This document shows positions 28,971-39,286 of a stretch of 64,000 bases of DNA, piece by piece. The first letter of the stretch is position 1, and each line of letters begins with the position of its first letter. The position numbers were made by a program, and so were the translations under genes. This DNA comes from an uncultured Candidatus Saccharibacteria bacterium (lineage in GTDB: Bacteria > Patescibacteriota > Minisyncoccia > Phycocordibacterales > UBA12088): positions 1,232-65,231 of the forward strand of contig CAYLHB010000001.1 in NCBI GenBank assembly GCA_964383505.1, written 5' to 3'. Below the pieces are notes generated by a model. It was not told the DNA's origin, did not search any database, and saw nothing but the letters and a program-made list of their open reading frames with translations.

Positions 28971-30236
28971 ATGGAATACTCATGTACCAAACAGCAAGAT
29001 GAAGAAGTGTTCAGTGCCCTTGAGGGCGAGGAGCGTCGCGAAGCAGAAGGGCTTGAGCTCATTCCCAGTGAAAACTACGTCTCACGGGCGGTGCGTGAGG
29101 CCTTGGGGTCGGTTGTGACTAACAAATATTCCGAGGGCTATCCAGGTAAGCGCTACTACGGGGGGCAGGAGTACACCGATGCCTTGGAAACGCTCGCGAT
29201 TGAGCGGGCGAAGAAGCTCTTTGGAGCCGCATACGTGAACGTGCAACCGCTCTCCGGTGCTCCCGCGAACATCGCTACGTACTTCGCGGTCCTCGAGCCC
29301 GGGGATACGGTGCTCGGCATGGACCTCTCGCATGGGGGGCACCTCACGCACGGGCACCCGGTCACGATGATGACGAAGGTATTCCGTTTCGTGCGCTACA
29401 AGATGAAGAACGCGGAGACGGGCGAGATAGACTACGACGAAATGCGCGAGGTGGCGAAAAGGGAAAAGCCGAAGCTCATCCTCGCAGGGTTCTCCGCGTA
29501 CTCGCGCGAGCTCGATTACGAGCAGTTTGTCGCGATAGGGAAGGAGGTTGGGGCGTACACCATGGCGGATGTTGCACACATAGCGGGCTTGATCGCAGGC
29601 AAGGCTGCGAAAAACCCATTCGATGCGGGGTTTGACCTCATGACGACGACTACCCACAAGACCCTACGCGGGCCACGTGGCGGTATGGTTTTGGTGCGTG
29701 AGAGTGCGGAGATTGCAAAAAAGGTAGACAAGGCGGTGTTTCCTGGGCTACAGGGAGGGCCGCACATGAACCAGGTGGCCGCGAAGGCGGTGTGCTTTGG
29801 CGAGGCACTCCAACCTTCGTTTCGCACCTACGCAGGGCAGATTCTCGTAAACGCGAAAGCGATGGAGCGCGTGTTGCGTGCGCGCGGAGTGAGGATGCTC
29901 GGTGGGGGCACGGACAACCACCTCATTTTGGCGGATGTGTACGGCTCGCTCGGCGTGTCGGGTAAAGAGGCAGAGACGGTGCTCGACAGTGTGGGTATCA
30001 CACTAAATAAGAATGTCATTGCGGACGACCCGCGCCCCCCACTCGACCCCTCGGGAATTCGTTTTGGCACACCCGCGCTCACAACCCGAGGTTTTACGGA
30101 ACAGGATTGCGCTCGTGTGGCGGAACTCATGCTGGATGCACTGCAGTGTAGTGGAGATGTGACAAAGCTTGAGACCATTCGAGAGGAGGTGTGCTCACTC
30201 GCACAGAGCCACCCGGTGCCGGAAAGTTTTGTGTAG
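28971..30236 (+). CDS. glyA: Serine hydroxymethyltransferase
   Basis: LELIPSENY, NKYSEGYPGKRYYGG, GGHLTHG, TTTTHKTLRGPRGG. Confidence 0.98.
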   Translation: MEYSCTKQQDEEVFSALEGEERREAEGLELIPSENYVSRAVREALGSVVTNKYSEGYPGKRYYGGQEYTDALETLAIERAKKLFGAAYVNVQPLSGAPANIATYFAVLEPGDTVLGMDLSHGGHLTHGHPVTMMTKVFRFVRYKMKNAETGEIDYDEMREVAKREKPKLILAGFSAYSRELDYEQFVAIGKEVGAYTMADVAHIAGLIAGKAAKNPFDAGFDLMTTTTHKTLRGPRGGMVLVRESAEIAKKVDKAVFPGLQGGPHMNQVAAKAVCFGEALQPSFRTYAGQILVNAKAMERVLRARGVRMLGGGTDNHLILADVYGSLGVSGKEAETVLDSVGITLNKNVIADDPRPPLDPSGIRFGTPALTTRGFTEQDCARVAELMLDALQCSGDVTKLETIREEVCSLAQSHPVPESFV

Positions 30237-30348
30237 CAAGTATACTTTCTGTTGACGGTGTATGATTAATCAACTAGCCCCGGTATACGCCGGGGTACTG
30301 CTCTTACAGTAGGGTGTGGAAGTATGCGGGAGCATGTACAATGTACCC

Positions 30349-31434
30349 ATGCGCTTGTTTGAGTATCGGTGGGTTGTGTTTGTGCGGCGCCACGCGTCCC
30401 TCATCGCGTTTGTTAGCGGTTTTGCATTTGATGCGCTCACACTCACCCGTATTGACGAGCTCTATGGGCAGGCGGTTTTTCTTTGCTACCTCTTTGTGGC
30501 GGCGGGTACGGTGGTGCTCATACAAGCGGTGGAAGCGGACCGTCGGGTGCCCCGTGTGGTGCGTACGTACCGCGCGTGGCTTCCCGCGCTCGTCCAGTTT
30601 CCCATGGGAGGCCTCCTCTCGGGCTTCGTGCTCTTCTACAGCAAGAGTGCCTCGCTCCTCACGAGCTGGCCCTTTTTAGTGATTCTCATCGCGGTCTTTA
30701 TCGGTAATGAGTTTTTCAAGAGACGCTATGAGCTTTTGGTGTTTCAAATCGGTATGCTCACCTTTGCGCTCCTCTCCTACAGCGCGCTCACCATTCCCAT
30801 ACTCTATGGGGATGTAGGCACCATTCCTTTTCTCTTGAGTGGCCTCTCGGCGCTCTTTGTGCTCGCGCTCGTGTTTCAAGGCATCATGCGCGTTGCGCCT
30901 TCTGCGTACCACACACACTTTCGCTACCTTGTAGGAACTGTGGGTGCGGTGACAATTATATGGAACATTGCTTACTTCACCAACCTCATTCCTCCCGTCC
31001 CCCTCGCACTCAAAGATATTGGAATATTCCACAGCCTCACCAAGGCACCGTCGGATGGGTACCTCTATCGCGTCACATACGAAGCGGCTCCGTGGTACCT
31101 GCCGTGGCGCACGATTGATACCACGTTTCGTGTGGCTGGGGGAGACGGTGCGTACTGTTACTCTGCGGTGTTTGCGCCCACGAGCATTTCCACTCGGCTC
31201 TTTCACAGGTGGGAGTACTACAGCTCCGCGGGATGGGTGACACGCAGTCGTATTCCATGGTCGGTGCAGGGTGGAAGGGACGGGGGGTACCGTTGGTACA
31301 GTGTGAAGGGCACCCTTGAGGAAGGGAGGTGGCGGTGTGTGGTTGAGACCGAATGGGGTGCCGTGCTGGGGGTGGATGAATTTACTGTGCTTCGTGCCGA
31401 GAGTACCCCGCTTCTTGTTGAGACCAGAAAATAG
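30349..31434 (+). CDS. Multi-pass membrane protein with DUF2914-like C-terminal domain
   Basis: Several TM helices, then YCYSAVFAP..LFHRW..GGRDGGYRWYS..GRWRCVVET; TACAAT 6 nt before the ATG. Confidence 0.75.
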   Translation: MRLFEYRWVVFVRRHASLIAFVSGFAFDALTLTRIDELYGQAVFLCYLFVAAGTVVLIQAVEADRRVPRVVRTYRAWLPALVQFPMGGLLSGFVLFYSKSASLLTSWPFLVILIAVFIGNEFFKRRYELLVFQIGMLTFALLSYSALTIPILYGDVGTIPFLLSGLSALFVLALVFQGIMRVAPSAYHTHFRYLVGTVGAVTIIWNIAYFTNLIPPVPLALKDIGIFHSLTKAPSDGYLYRVTYEAAPWYLPWRTIDTTFRVAGGDGAYCYSAVFAPTSISTRLFHRWEYYSSAGWVTRSRIPWSVQGGRDGGYRWYSVKGTLEEGRWRCVVETEWGAVLGVDEFTVLRAESTPLLVETRK

Positions 31435-31470
31435 GTTCCGCTTTTTACAGGTTAGTGCTACAGTTCCTCC

Positions 31471-33147
31471 ATGTTCTACTCGGAACTCGCGGACGTGCTT
31501 CAAAGAGCGATTGTGTCGCTCGGGTTTGGCGACGTGCCTGTGGAGCTCGCGCACCCTACGGACAGAAGTCACGGCGACCTTACTACCAGCATCGCACTTG
31601 TGCTCGCCCCCACGCTCGATCGTTCCCCGCGTGACATTGCGGAAGCGATTGTGGCAGGCGTGGATGCACCTCCCTATATTGACCGTTTCGAGGTGGCGGG
31701 ACCCGGGTTCATTAATATCTACCTTTCCCGGGAATTTTTCCGAAAGGCAACTGAATCGATTCTTTCGCTTGGTGATGTGTGGGGTAAGGGTACGGCACTT
31801 GCCGGCAGGCGTATTATGGTGGAGCACAGCCAGCCAAATCCTTTCAAGCCGTTCCACATAGGGCACCTCATGAGCAACACGCTCGGCGAGTCCATCTCGC
31901 GTCTCATCGAGTGGTCAGGTGCCGAGGTGCGGCGGGTAAACTACCAGGGGGACGTGGGGCTCCACGTTGCAAAAGCGCTCTGGGGTCTCGCACACCTAAA
32001 AGGAGACCCAACCAGCATTGAAGACCTGGGAAGTGCGTACGTGGAGGGAAACCGCGCATATGAGGAGGATGAGGGTGCGCGGGCTGAAATCGTTGCATAC
32101 AACAAGCTCGTCTACGCTCATGCGCCCGAGATTACGGACACCTACACAAAGGGTAGAGAGGCATCACTCGTGCACTTTGAGGAGCTCTACGCGCTCCTCG
32201 GGAGCCGCTTTGACCATTACTTTTTTGAGAGCGAGACGGCGGAACCCGGGCGTGCGCTCGTGAAGGAGGGGCTCGCGCGCGGTACGTTCACTGAGAGCGA
32301 GGGGGCGATTGTGTTCCGGGGCGAAGCGTACGGTCTCCATACCCGTGTGTTTATCACGAAAGATGGTTTGCCCACCTACGAGGCAAAAGAGCTCGGCCTC
32401 GCCTACAAAAAGCGCGAGAAGTGGGAGTTCGATCTCTCCATTACGACGACCGCGGTGGAGCAGAAGGAGTACATGAGGGTGGTGTACAAAGCACTCTCGC
32501 TTTTGAATCCCGCACTTGGCGAGAAGCTCCTCCATGTGCCGCACGGCATGCTCCTCCTCACCTCGGGCAAGATGAGCTCGCGAAGGGGGAATGTCATCAC
32601 CGGCGAGTCGCTCCTCTCGGAGATGCGCGCGCGTGCGTGGGAGAAAGTGAAAGACCGTGACCTCCCACCGCTTGAGCGAGACACGATACGTGATGCGGTT
32701 GCGGTTGCGGCAATCAAGTACTCAATACTGAAGCAGAAGGCGGGGAAGAATATCATCTTCGACCCGGACGCCTCGCTCTCATTCGAGGGCGATTCAGGCC
32801 CGTATCTCCAGTATGCGCACACCCGTGCAGTATCGGTGCTTGAAAAGGCCGATGCGGAGGGAGTGGTGGCTTTCTGTGAGGTGCCGCTTCCCGAGGTGAC
32901 CGACCTTGAGCGATTGCTCTACCGTTTTCCCGAGGTGGTGGCACGCGCGACGGAGGAGTTCGAGCCCCACCACGTGACAACCTACCTCACGGAGCTCGCG
33001 GGGGTGTGGAACAGCTGGTACGCCGCCGAGCGCATACTTGACGGGTCGTCATTTGCACCCTACAAGGTGGCGCTCGCCACGGCCTTTGCGCATACGATGA
33101 AAAATGGTCTATGCCTATTGGGGATAGAAGCACCCCGTCGCATGTAG
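31471..33147 (+). CDS. argS: Arginine--tRNA ligase
   Basis: AGPGFINI, PNPFKPFHIGH, KMSSRRG, GDSGPYLQYAHTR. Confidence 0.97.
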   Translation: MFYSELADVLQRAIVSLGFGDVPVELAHPTDRSHGDLTTSIALVLAPTLDRSPRDIAEAIVAGVDAPPYIDRFEVAGPGFINIYLSREFFRKATESILSLGDVWGKGTALAGRRIMVEHSQPNPFKPFHIGHLMSNTLGESISRLIEWSGAEVRRVNYQGDVGLHVAKALWGLAHLKGDPTSIEDLGSAYVEGNRAYEEDEGARAEIVAYNKLVYAHAPEITDTYTKGREASLVHFEELYALLGSRFDHYFFESETAEPGRALVKEGLARGTFTESEGAIVFRGEAYGLHTRVFITKDGLPTYEAKELGLAYKKREKWEFDLSITTTAVEQKEYMRVVYKALSLLNPALGEKLLHVPHGMLLLTSGKMSSRRGNVITGESLLSEMRARAWEKVKDRDLPPLERDTIRDAVAVAAIKYSILKQKAGKNIIFDPDASLSFEGDSGPYLQYAHTRAVSVLEKADAEGVVAFCEVPLPEVTDLERLLYRFPEVVARATEEFEPHHVTTYLTELAGVWNSWYAAERILDGSSFAPYKVALATAFAHTMKNGLCLLGIEAPRRM

Positions 33148-33222
33148 GTACATCGTAATTGGGCCTGTTGCACGACACGGGCGTTACTGTTCGGTTCCTG
33201 CTCCGGGTGGTAGGATTGCGCT

Positions 33223-36200
33223 ATGGCGAAACACGATAAGGAGAACAATGAGGAAGCACGTGCGGTGAGCGAAACCGCGAGGCGAGAGGAAAAGGTGCTC
33301 GCGTACTGGAACGAACACCGTATATTTGAACAAACACTTGATAAAGAAGCCCCGATGGGTGATTTCGTGTTCTACGACGGGCCGCCGTTCGCGACGGGTC
33401 TTCCCCACATGGGCCACCTCCTCGGTTCGTCGGTCAAAGACGTGGTTGGGCGGTATAAGACCATGTGTGGATACCGCGTGCCGCGTCGGTGGGGGTGGGA
33501 CTGCCACGGGCTCCCTATTGAAAATATTGTTGAGAAAAAGCTCGGTCTCAAGACAAAGAAAGAAATACTGGAGCTTGGCATCGACAACTTCAACCGCGAG
33601 GCGAAGGAGGCGGTACTCCAATTTGTAGCTGATTGGAAGCACTACGTGGAGCGACTTGGTCGTTGGGTGGATTTCGATGCTTCGTACAAGACGATGGACA
33701 ACAGCTACATCGAAGCGGTGTGGGGTGCACTCAAGAAAATACATGATGACAAGCGACTCTACGAGGGCACGAAGGTGCTCCTCTACTGCCCGCACTGCGA
33801 GACCCCGCTCTCGAAAGCGGAAATCGCGATGGACAACAGCTACAAAGATGTAACGGAGAAAGCGGTAGTGGCGAAGTTCAAACTTAAAGCCGGACAGAAG
33901 GTGGGGGATCTCACCACCGACGATGCGACGTACATCCTCGCATGGACGACGACCCCGTGGACACTGCCGGGGAATATGGCACTCGCGGTGCGTGCGAGTA
34001 CCGAGTACGGCGTGTACGACACCCCTGCGGGTCGCGTGGTTGCAGCGCGGGAGCGGGCGGAAACCGTTCTTGGTAGCTTGACACCGGCGCACGCGGTTTC
34101 CGGCGAGTCACTCGTGGGGCTTTCGTACGAACCGCTTTATGAGATCCCCAAGGCGAAAGAGGGTGCGAATAAAAAGGTGTGGACCGTGCAAGCCGCGGAT
34201 TTTGTCACAACCGAGGAGGGTACCGGTGTGGTCCACATTGCGCCCATGTACGGTGAGGACGACCATGAGCTCGGCAAAGCGCTCGGACTCCCGTTCGTCC
34301 AGCTCCTCGACCAGAGCGGTCACTACAATGAGGATGCGCCCGAGTTCCTTCGCGGGCTCTACTATAAAAAAGGAAGTGGCGAGGTGCTCCGAGACCTCAC
34401 CTTGCGCGAGCGTGTGTTCCATGCCAACGACCATACGCACAGCTACCCGCACTGCTATCGGTGTAACACCGCGCTCATCTACAATGCGCTCTCGTCGTGG
34501 TTCATCAACATACAGGCGGTAAAGGAGGATATGCTCACAGCAAACGAGTCGGTGTCGTGGTACCCGGAGCACCTTAAGCACGGGCGGTTTCGCAACATCG
34601 TCGAAACCGCGCCGGATTGGACCATCAGCCGCAATCGCTTTTGGGCGAGCCCGCTCCCGATTTGGAAGCATGAGACAACCGGCGAGCTGTTGGTCATCGG
34701 TTCGCTTTCCGAACTGCGTGCGCACACCAAAAAGAGTGGAAACACCTACCTCATGGTGCGCCACGGGGAAGCGGAGAGTAACGTGCTCGGCGTGGTGAGC
34801 ACCGACATCAAGAACGAACACCACCTGACGGCGCGCGGAGAGGAGCAGGTGCACGAGGCGGCAGAGGTCCTTAAGAAGGCGGGTATCACCAAAATGGTAA
34901 GCTCGCCCTTAGTACGCACCTGTGAAACCGCGGAGCGCATCGCGGACATAATCGGCTATGCCAAGGAGGATATTGTCTACGATGCGCGACTCATGGAGTG
35001 GCAGCTCGGGGCACTCAACGGGAAACCGGTCTCGGCCATATGGGATATTTGTCCCACGTACGTCGAACGCTTCACGAACAAGTGTGCGGGAGGAGAGACG
35101 CTCGTCGAGATGAAGCGACGTATCGGCGAGGCACTCTACGAGTATGAAACGACCTACGTGAATGAAACCGTGCTCATTGTGGGCCACGAGTACACGTTGT
35201 GGATGGCGGAGTGTGTGGCACGTGGCGCAGACGTCGATGAGTGCATCGAAATACGGGGAAAGGCAAAGGACTACGTGAAAAACGGCGAGGTGCGCACGCT
35301 CGATTTCGTACCGCTCCCGCACAACGACGAGTTCGAGCTCGACCTCCATCGCCCATACATTGATGAGCTCCCGCTTGTCGCGAGCGACGGCGCGCGGTTC
35401 GTGCGCATACCAGAGGTGGTTGACTGCTGGGTCGAGTCGGGTGCTATGCCGGTTGCTTCCGAACATTTGCTTCACGAACCTTTCAAAAGGCCCGTGCGTT
35501 ATCCGGGCGACTTTATCGCGGAGTACATTGCGCAGACCCGCACGTGGTTCTACTACATGCACGCGATGGGAGTACTTCTCTTCGGCAAAGAGAGCTTTAA
35601 GCACTGTGTAACGACCGGTACGGTACTCGCCGAGGATGGGAGCAAGATGAGCAAGTCGAAGGGCAACTACACCGACCCACTCATCAATATCGACCGTTTC
35701 GGTGCAGATACGCTCCGGCTCTACCTCCTCGGCTCGGTAGTGATGCAGGGCGAGGACATGAGCTTCAGGGACGACGAACTCAAGGAGCTCCACAACCGCT
35801 TTATCAATATTCTTTGGAACACATACACCTTCTACGAGACCTACCGTGATGAGGGTGCTGTGACCCCTCCCAACAAGACTTCACAGAGCACTCACGTGCT
35901 CGACGTATGGATTATCGCCCGTCTCAACGAGGTAGTGCGGCAAGTGACCGAGCACATGGAGCGATACGACACGGTCGTCTCGGTGCGCACGCTTCGCGCG
36001 TTTGTGACCGACCTCTCCACGTGGTACCTACGTCGTTCTCGGGACCGCTTGAAGGGCGTCGAGGGCGTCGAGGCGCAACAAGAAGCACTCTCCACCTTTA
36101 GACACACACTCATTGAACTTTCAAAACTACTCGCGCCACTTGCTCCCTTTATCGCAGAGGATATCTACCGGGGGTGCGGTGCGGAGAAAGAAAGCGTGCA

Positions 36201-36705
36201 CCTTGCGTCGTGGCCTCAAGGTGAGCCATGTGATGATCAGGAAGTGCTCGCGAAGATGGAGGCGACCCGACAGGTGGTCTCTGAAGCACTTGAGCGGCGC
36301 GCTACCGCAGGGGTAAAGGTGCGCCAGCCACTCTCGCGCCTCACCGCACCAGATGTCGCACTACTCTACACGGAACTCATTATGGAGGAGGTGAATGTGC
36401 ACGAGGTAGTGGAGGGAGCGAAGATCGAGCTCGACACTACACTCACTCCGGAGTTGGTGCGAGAGGGCAGGGTGCGCGAGCTCGTGCGGAGCGTCCAAGA
36501 ATTACGAAAATCAGCCAAGCGTGCACCCTCTGATGAGGTGGTGCTCGTGGTGGGTGCGGGTGATGAGGCGCGCCCGCTTGTGGAGGAGGCGCGCGAGCGG
36601 CTCCGCAAGGTCGCGAATGTTACAGAGGTCGTGTACGAAGACCTCCCCGAAGACTCATGTGAGCTTCACCTCGAGACGCTTCGTATGAAACTCGCACTTC
36701 GCTAG
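33223..36705 (+). CDS. ileS: Isoleucine--tRNA ligase (type 2) with an inserted histidine-phosphatase domain
   Basis: DGPPFATGLPHMGH, GWDCHGLP, WTTTPWTLP, GTGVVHIAP, DWTISRNRFW, KMSKS; insert carries RHGE, SSPLVR and GHE. Confidence 0.95.
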   Translation: MAKHDKENNEEARAVSETARREEKVLAYWNEHRIFEQTLDKEAPMGDFVFYDGPPFATGLPHMGHLLGSSVKDVVGRYKTMCGYRVPRRWGWDCHGLPIENIVEKKLGLKTKKEILELGIDNFNREAKEAVLQFVADWKHYVERLGRWVDFDASYKTMDNSYIEAVWGALKKIHDDKRLYEGTKVLLYCPHCETPLSKAEIAMDNSYKDVTEKAVVAKFKLKAGQKVGDLTTDDATYILAWTTTPWTLPGNMALAVRASTEYGVYDTPAGRVVAARERAETVLGSLTPAHAVSGESLVGLSYEPLYEIPKAKEGANKKVWTVQAADFVTTEEGTGVVHIAPMYGEDDHELGKALGLPFVQLLDQSGHYNEDAPEFLRGLYYKKGSGEVLRDLTLRERVFHANDHTHSYPHCYRCNTALIYNALSSWFINIQAVKEDMLTANESVSWYPEHLKHGRFRNIVETAPDWTISRNRFWASPLPIWKHETTGELLVIGSLSELRAHTKKSGNTYLMVRHGEAESNVLGVVSTDIKNEHHLTARGEEQVHEAAEVLKKAGITKMVSSPLVRTCETAERIADIIGYAKEDIVYDARLMEWQLGALNGKPVSAIWDICPTYVERFTNKCAGGETLVEMKRRIGEALYEYETTYVNETVLIVGHEYTLWMAECVARGADVDECIEIRGKAKDYVKNGEVRTLDFVPLPHNDEFELDLHRPYIDELPLVASDGARFVRIPEVVDCWVESGAMPVASEHLLHEPFKRPVRYPGDFIAEYIAQTRTWFYYMHAMGVLLFGKESFKHCVTTGTVLAEDGSKMSKSKGNYTDPLINIDRFGADTLRLYLLGSVVMQGEDMSFRDDELKELHNRFINILWNTYTFYETYRDEGAVTPPNKTSQSTHVLDVWIIARLNEVVRQVTEHMERYDTVVSVRTLRAFVTDLSTWYLRRSRDRLKGVEGVEAQQEALSTFRHTLIELSKLLAPLAPFIAEDIYRGCGAEKESVHLASWPQGEPCDDQEVLAKMEATRQVVSEALERRATAGVKVRQPLSRLTAPDVALLYTELIMEEVNVHEVVEGAKIELDTTLTPELVREGRVRELVRSVQELRKSAKRAPSDEVVLVVGAGDEARPLVEEARERLRKVANVTEVVYEDLPEDSCELHLETLRMKLALR

Positions 36706-36708
36706 CGA

Positions 36709-37290
36709 GTGACTATGTACACGCTCATCACCGAACACGCGTTTGTACTCGGGAGTACGCCCGAGGGAGAGGCGAGCCGTGTGCTCTTTCTCCTCACGAA
36801 GTCGCGGGGGCTCATACGGGTCCATGCACAGGGGGTGCGCCTTGAGCGGTCGAAACTGCGCTACCTCCTGTCTGAAGGTGCGTGGGTGCGGGTGACCATG
36901 GTGCGGGGTCGTGAGGTGTGGCGTGTGGTGAATGCGTGTGAAGGGGTGGGTGCCGTGGCAGACAACCGCCTCTATGTGCGCGCGGCTCTGCGCCGTGTGC
37001 GAACGCTTGCGCGAAGGTTGGTGCACGGAGAGGGCGATCAAACGAAACTCTATGCGGTTCTTTCGGATGGGTGCGCGGCACTTGTTGCCTCACCGGACGC
37101 ACGTACACTCCGGCTCCTTGAGGTGCTCCTCGTGGCCCGCATACTCAACACACAGGGGTACCTCAGTGAATCGAACATACGGTCGGGTCTGCTTGAGGGA
37201 ACTTCGTATGAAGGCATCGATATGACTGACTCCGACATGCGGACACTTATTCGCAACGTAAACGATGCACTGCGGGAGTGTCAGCTCTAG
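36709..37290 (+). CDS. recO: DNA repair protein RecO (short form)
   Basis: GEASRVLFLLTKSRGLIRVHAQGVRLERSKL OB-fold signature. Confidence 0.82.
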   Translation: MTMYTLITEHAFVLGSTPEGEASRVLFLLTKSRGLIRVHAQGVRLERSKLRYLLSEGAWVRVTMVRGREVWRVVNACEGVGAVADNRLYVRAALRRVRTLARRLVHGEGDQTKLYAVLSDGCAALVASPDARTLRLLEVLLVARILNTQGYLSESNIRSGLLEGTSYEGIDMTDSDMRTLIRNVNDALRECQL

Positions 37291-37309
37291 CTTTGGTATA
37301 CTGGAAGGT

Positions 37310-39283
37310 ATGCTGGAAGAGGAGAGTAGCATCGAGAGAGTGCGCAAGCGCATCTACGCGAAACAGGCACAGAGCACCGTGCATCAGCGCAGGCCGCTCC
37401 ATGAGGAGGCGTACAAGGTTGAGTCGTCGTGGGGTACTAACGAACCCGCCTCGTTGGGCGAGAGTGAGCCGAACGATGTGTCGCGTGCGTACGATCCATG
37501 GACGCTATCAAAGCCGGTGGGTATGTCTGCACGAGCAGGCAGTTCGAGCTTATTGAGAAAGTTTACCGTCATAGTTTTTTCCATAAGTACTCTCTTTTTC
37601 TTGGTCGCGGTTGGCATCGGGGGGTACGTGTACTATACGGGGCGCTCCGAGGTGCGCCCTCCAACCCTCTCGTGGAGCGGCCCTCTATCGGTAGGTGCGG
37701 GGGATGAGGTACTCTACATGCTCACGATACAGAACCCGAATATGGTACCACTCCTCGCGGCTGACCTGCGTGTGCAGTTTCCGCCGGGAGCACGCTCCCC
37801 CAACAACTTCGATGTGGCACTCACTGAGTACCGCGAGACGTTGGGTACTATTGGGCCGCGTGAGAGTAAGACGGCCACGATACGTGCGGTGCTTTTTGGT
37901 CCCGAAGAGGCGACGCAGGCGATTGGAACAACGCTTGCGTATCGGCTCACCGATTCCGAAACCACGTTTACCTCGCACAGCAGTACCACCGTGCTCCTTT
38001 CGCGTGCACCGGTTTCGCTTTCCGTCAAAGGGGTGGAAGAGCATACCAGCGGCCAGCCACTCACTCTTACCGTGGAGCTTGCGAGTAGTGCGAGTAAACC
38101 GGTTCGTGCAGTGGCCCTACGCGCACTGTATCCGCCCGGATTTCAGGTCACCTCTGTTCAGCCGCGCCCGGAGGAGGGCAATGAGTACTGGAAGCTTGGT
38201 GACATGCCGACAGGCACAAAAAAGACTTTCACTATCTCGGGTATACTCATTGGGAATGGAGGTGAGGATCGTGTGTTTCGGTTCGAGGTGGGTCAAGAAG
38301 GCACAAAGGGCTCGCTTGCGGGTGTTCTCAACACTTCAACGTATACGGTAGCGCTCACGCGCCCGTTCCTCGACATTGCCCTTAATCTTGGGGAAGCGAG
38401 TGGCGAGGTGTTGGTGGTAAAGCCGAACTCGACGGTGGCAGGAAGTGTTGGATGGAAGAACAACCTTGCGTATCCCCTTTCGGACGTGGAGGTAGAAGCA
38501 ACACTCAAGGGATCAATTTTGGACAGGCAATCTGTGCAGGTGAGTAATGGGTTCTACCGTTCACTCGATGAGACGTTGGTGTGGACAAAACAGACCGACA
38601 AGAATTTGGAGCTTGTATCTCCCGGTGAGTCGGGCACGCTCAATTTTTCGTTTCAGTCGCTTGGCCTCGCACCTTCGACGGGGGCGCGAAATCCATCAAT
38701 GACTTTAGAGATAAGCGTTCGGGCGAAGCGTATCGGGCAAGACAACGTGCCGGAGACGCTAGAACGGGTGAGTACCCGCACCGTGCGGCTTGAAACGGTG
38801 CTTACACTCTCTCCGCGCGCTGTCTGGAGCGTCGGTCCATTTATAAACAGTGGACCGGTTCCCCCACGCGCAGATCAAACTACCACCTACACTATTCTTT
38901 GGTCACTCACCAACAGTACCAATGAGGCGAAGGATGTCGAGCTTTCAGCCGAGCTCCCCATTTACGTGGAGTGGAGAAATGTCATCTCTCCCGAAGGGGC
39001 GGAGGTGCGGTTTGATGAGACGAGCAGAAAAGTATCGTGGCGCGTAGGTGCAGTAGCGGCCGGCGCAGGGTACGAGTCGCAGGCACCCGAAGTCGCATTT
39101 CAGATAGCGGTTACCCCGAGCGTGGCTCAACAAGGGAGTGAGATATCTCTCATCGAGTCGCAAACCCTTCGCGGAGTTGACCGCTTCACCGGAAGCGTGA
39201 TAGAAACCACGTACCCGGATCTCACCAGCCGTCTTACCACTGACCCTGCGTTTGCAGGTCAGAAAGGTACGGTTTTGCGGTAG
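37310..39283 (+). CDS. Membrane-anchored multi-Ig-like (DUF11-like) surface protein
   Basis: One TM near the N-terminus followed by repeated beta-rich domains; GPFINSGPVPP motif. Confidence 0.75.
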   Translation: MLEEESSIERVRKRIYAKQAQSTVHQRRPLHEEAYKVESSWGTNEPASLGESEPNDVSRAYDPWTLSKPVGMSARAGSSSLLRKFTVIVFSISTLFFLVAVGIGGYVYYTGRSEVRPPTLSWSGPLSVGAGDEVLYMLTIQNPNMVPLLAADLRVQFPPGARSPNNFDVALTEYRETLGTIGPRESKTATIRAVLFGPEEATQAIGTTLAYRLTDSETTFTSHSSTTVLLSRAPVSLSVKGVEEHTSGQPLTLTVELASSASKPVRAVALRALYPPGFQVTSVQPRPEEGNEYWKLGDMPTGTKKTFTISGILIGNGGEDRVFRFEVGQEGTKGSLAGVLNTSTYTVALTRPFLDIALNLGEASGEVLVVKPNSTVAGSVGWKNNLAYPLSDVEVEATLKGSILDRQSVQVSNGFYRSLDETLVWTKQTDKNLELVSPGESGTLNFSFQSLGLAPSTGARNPSMTLEISVRAKRIGQDNVPETLERVSTRTVRLETVLTLSPRAVWSVGPFINSGPVPPRADQTTTYTILWSLTNSTNEAKDVELSAELPIYVEWRNVISPEGAEVRFDETSRKVSWRVGAVAAGAGYESQAPEVAFQIAVTPSVAQQGSEISLIESQTLRGVDRFTGSVIETTYPDLTSRLTTDPAFAGQKGTVLR

Positions 39284-39286
39284 GCC

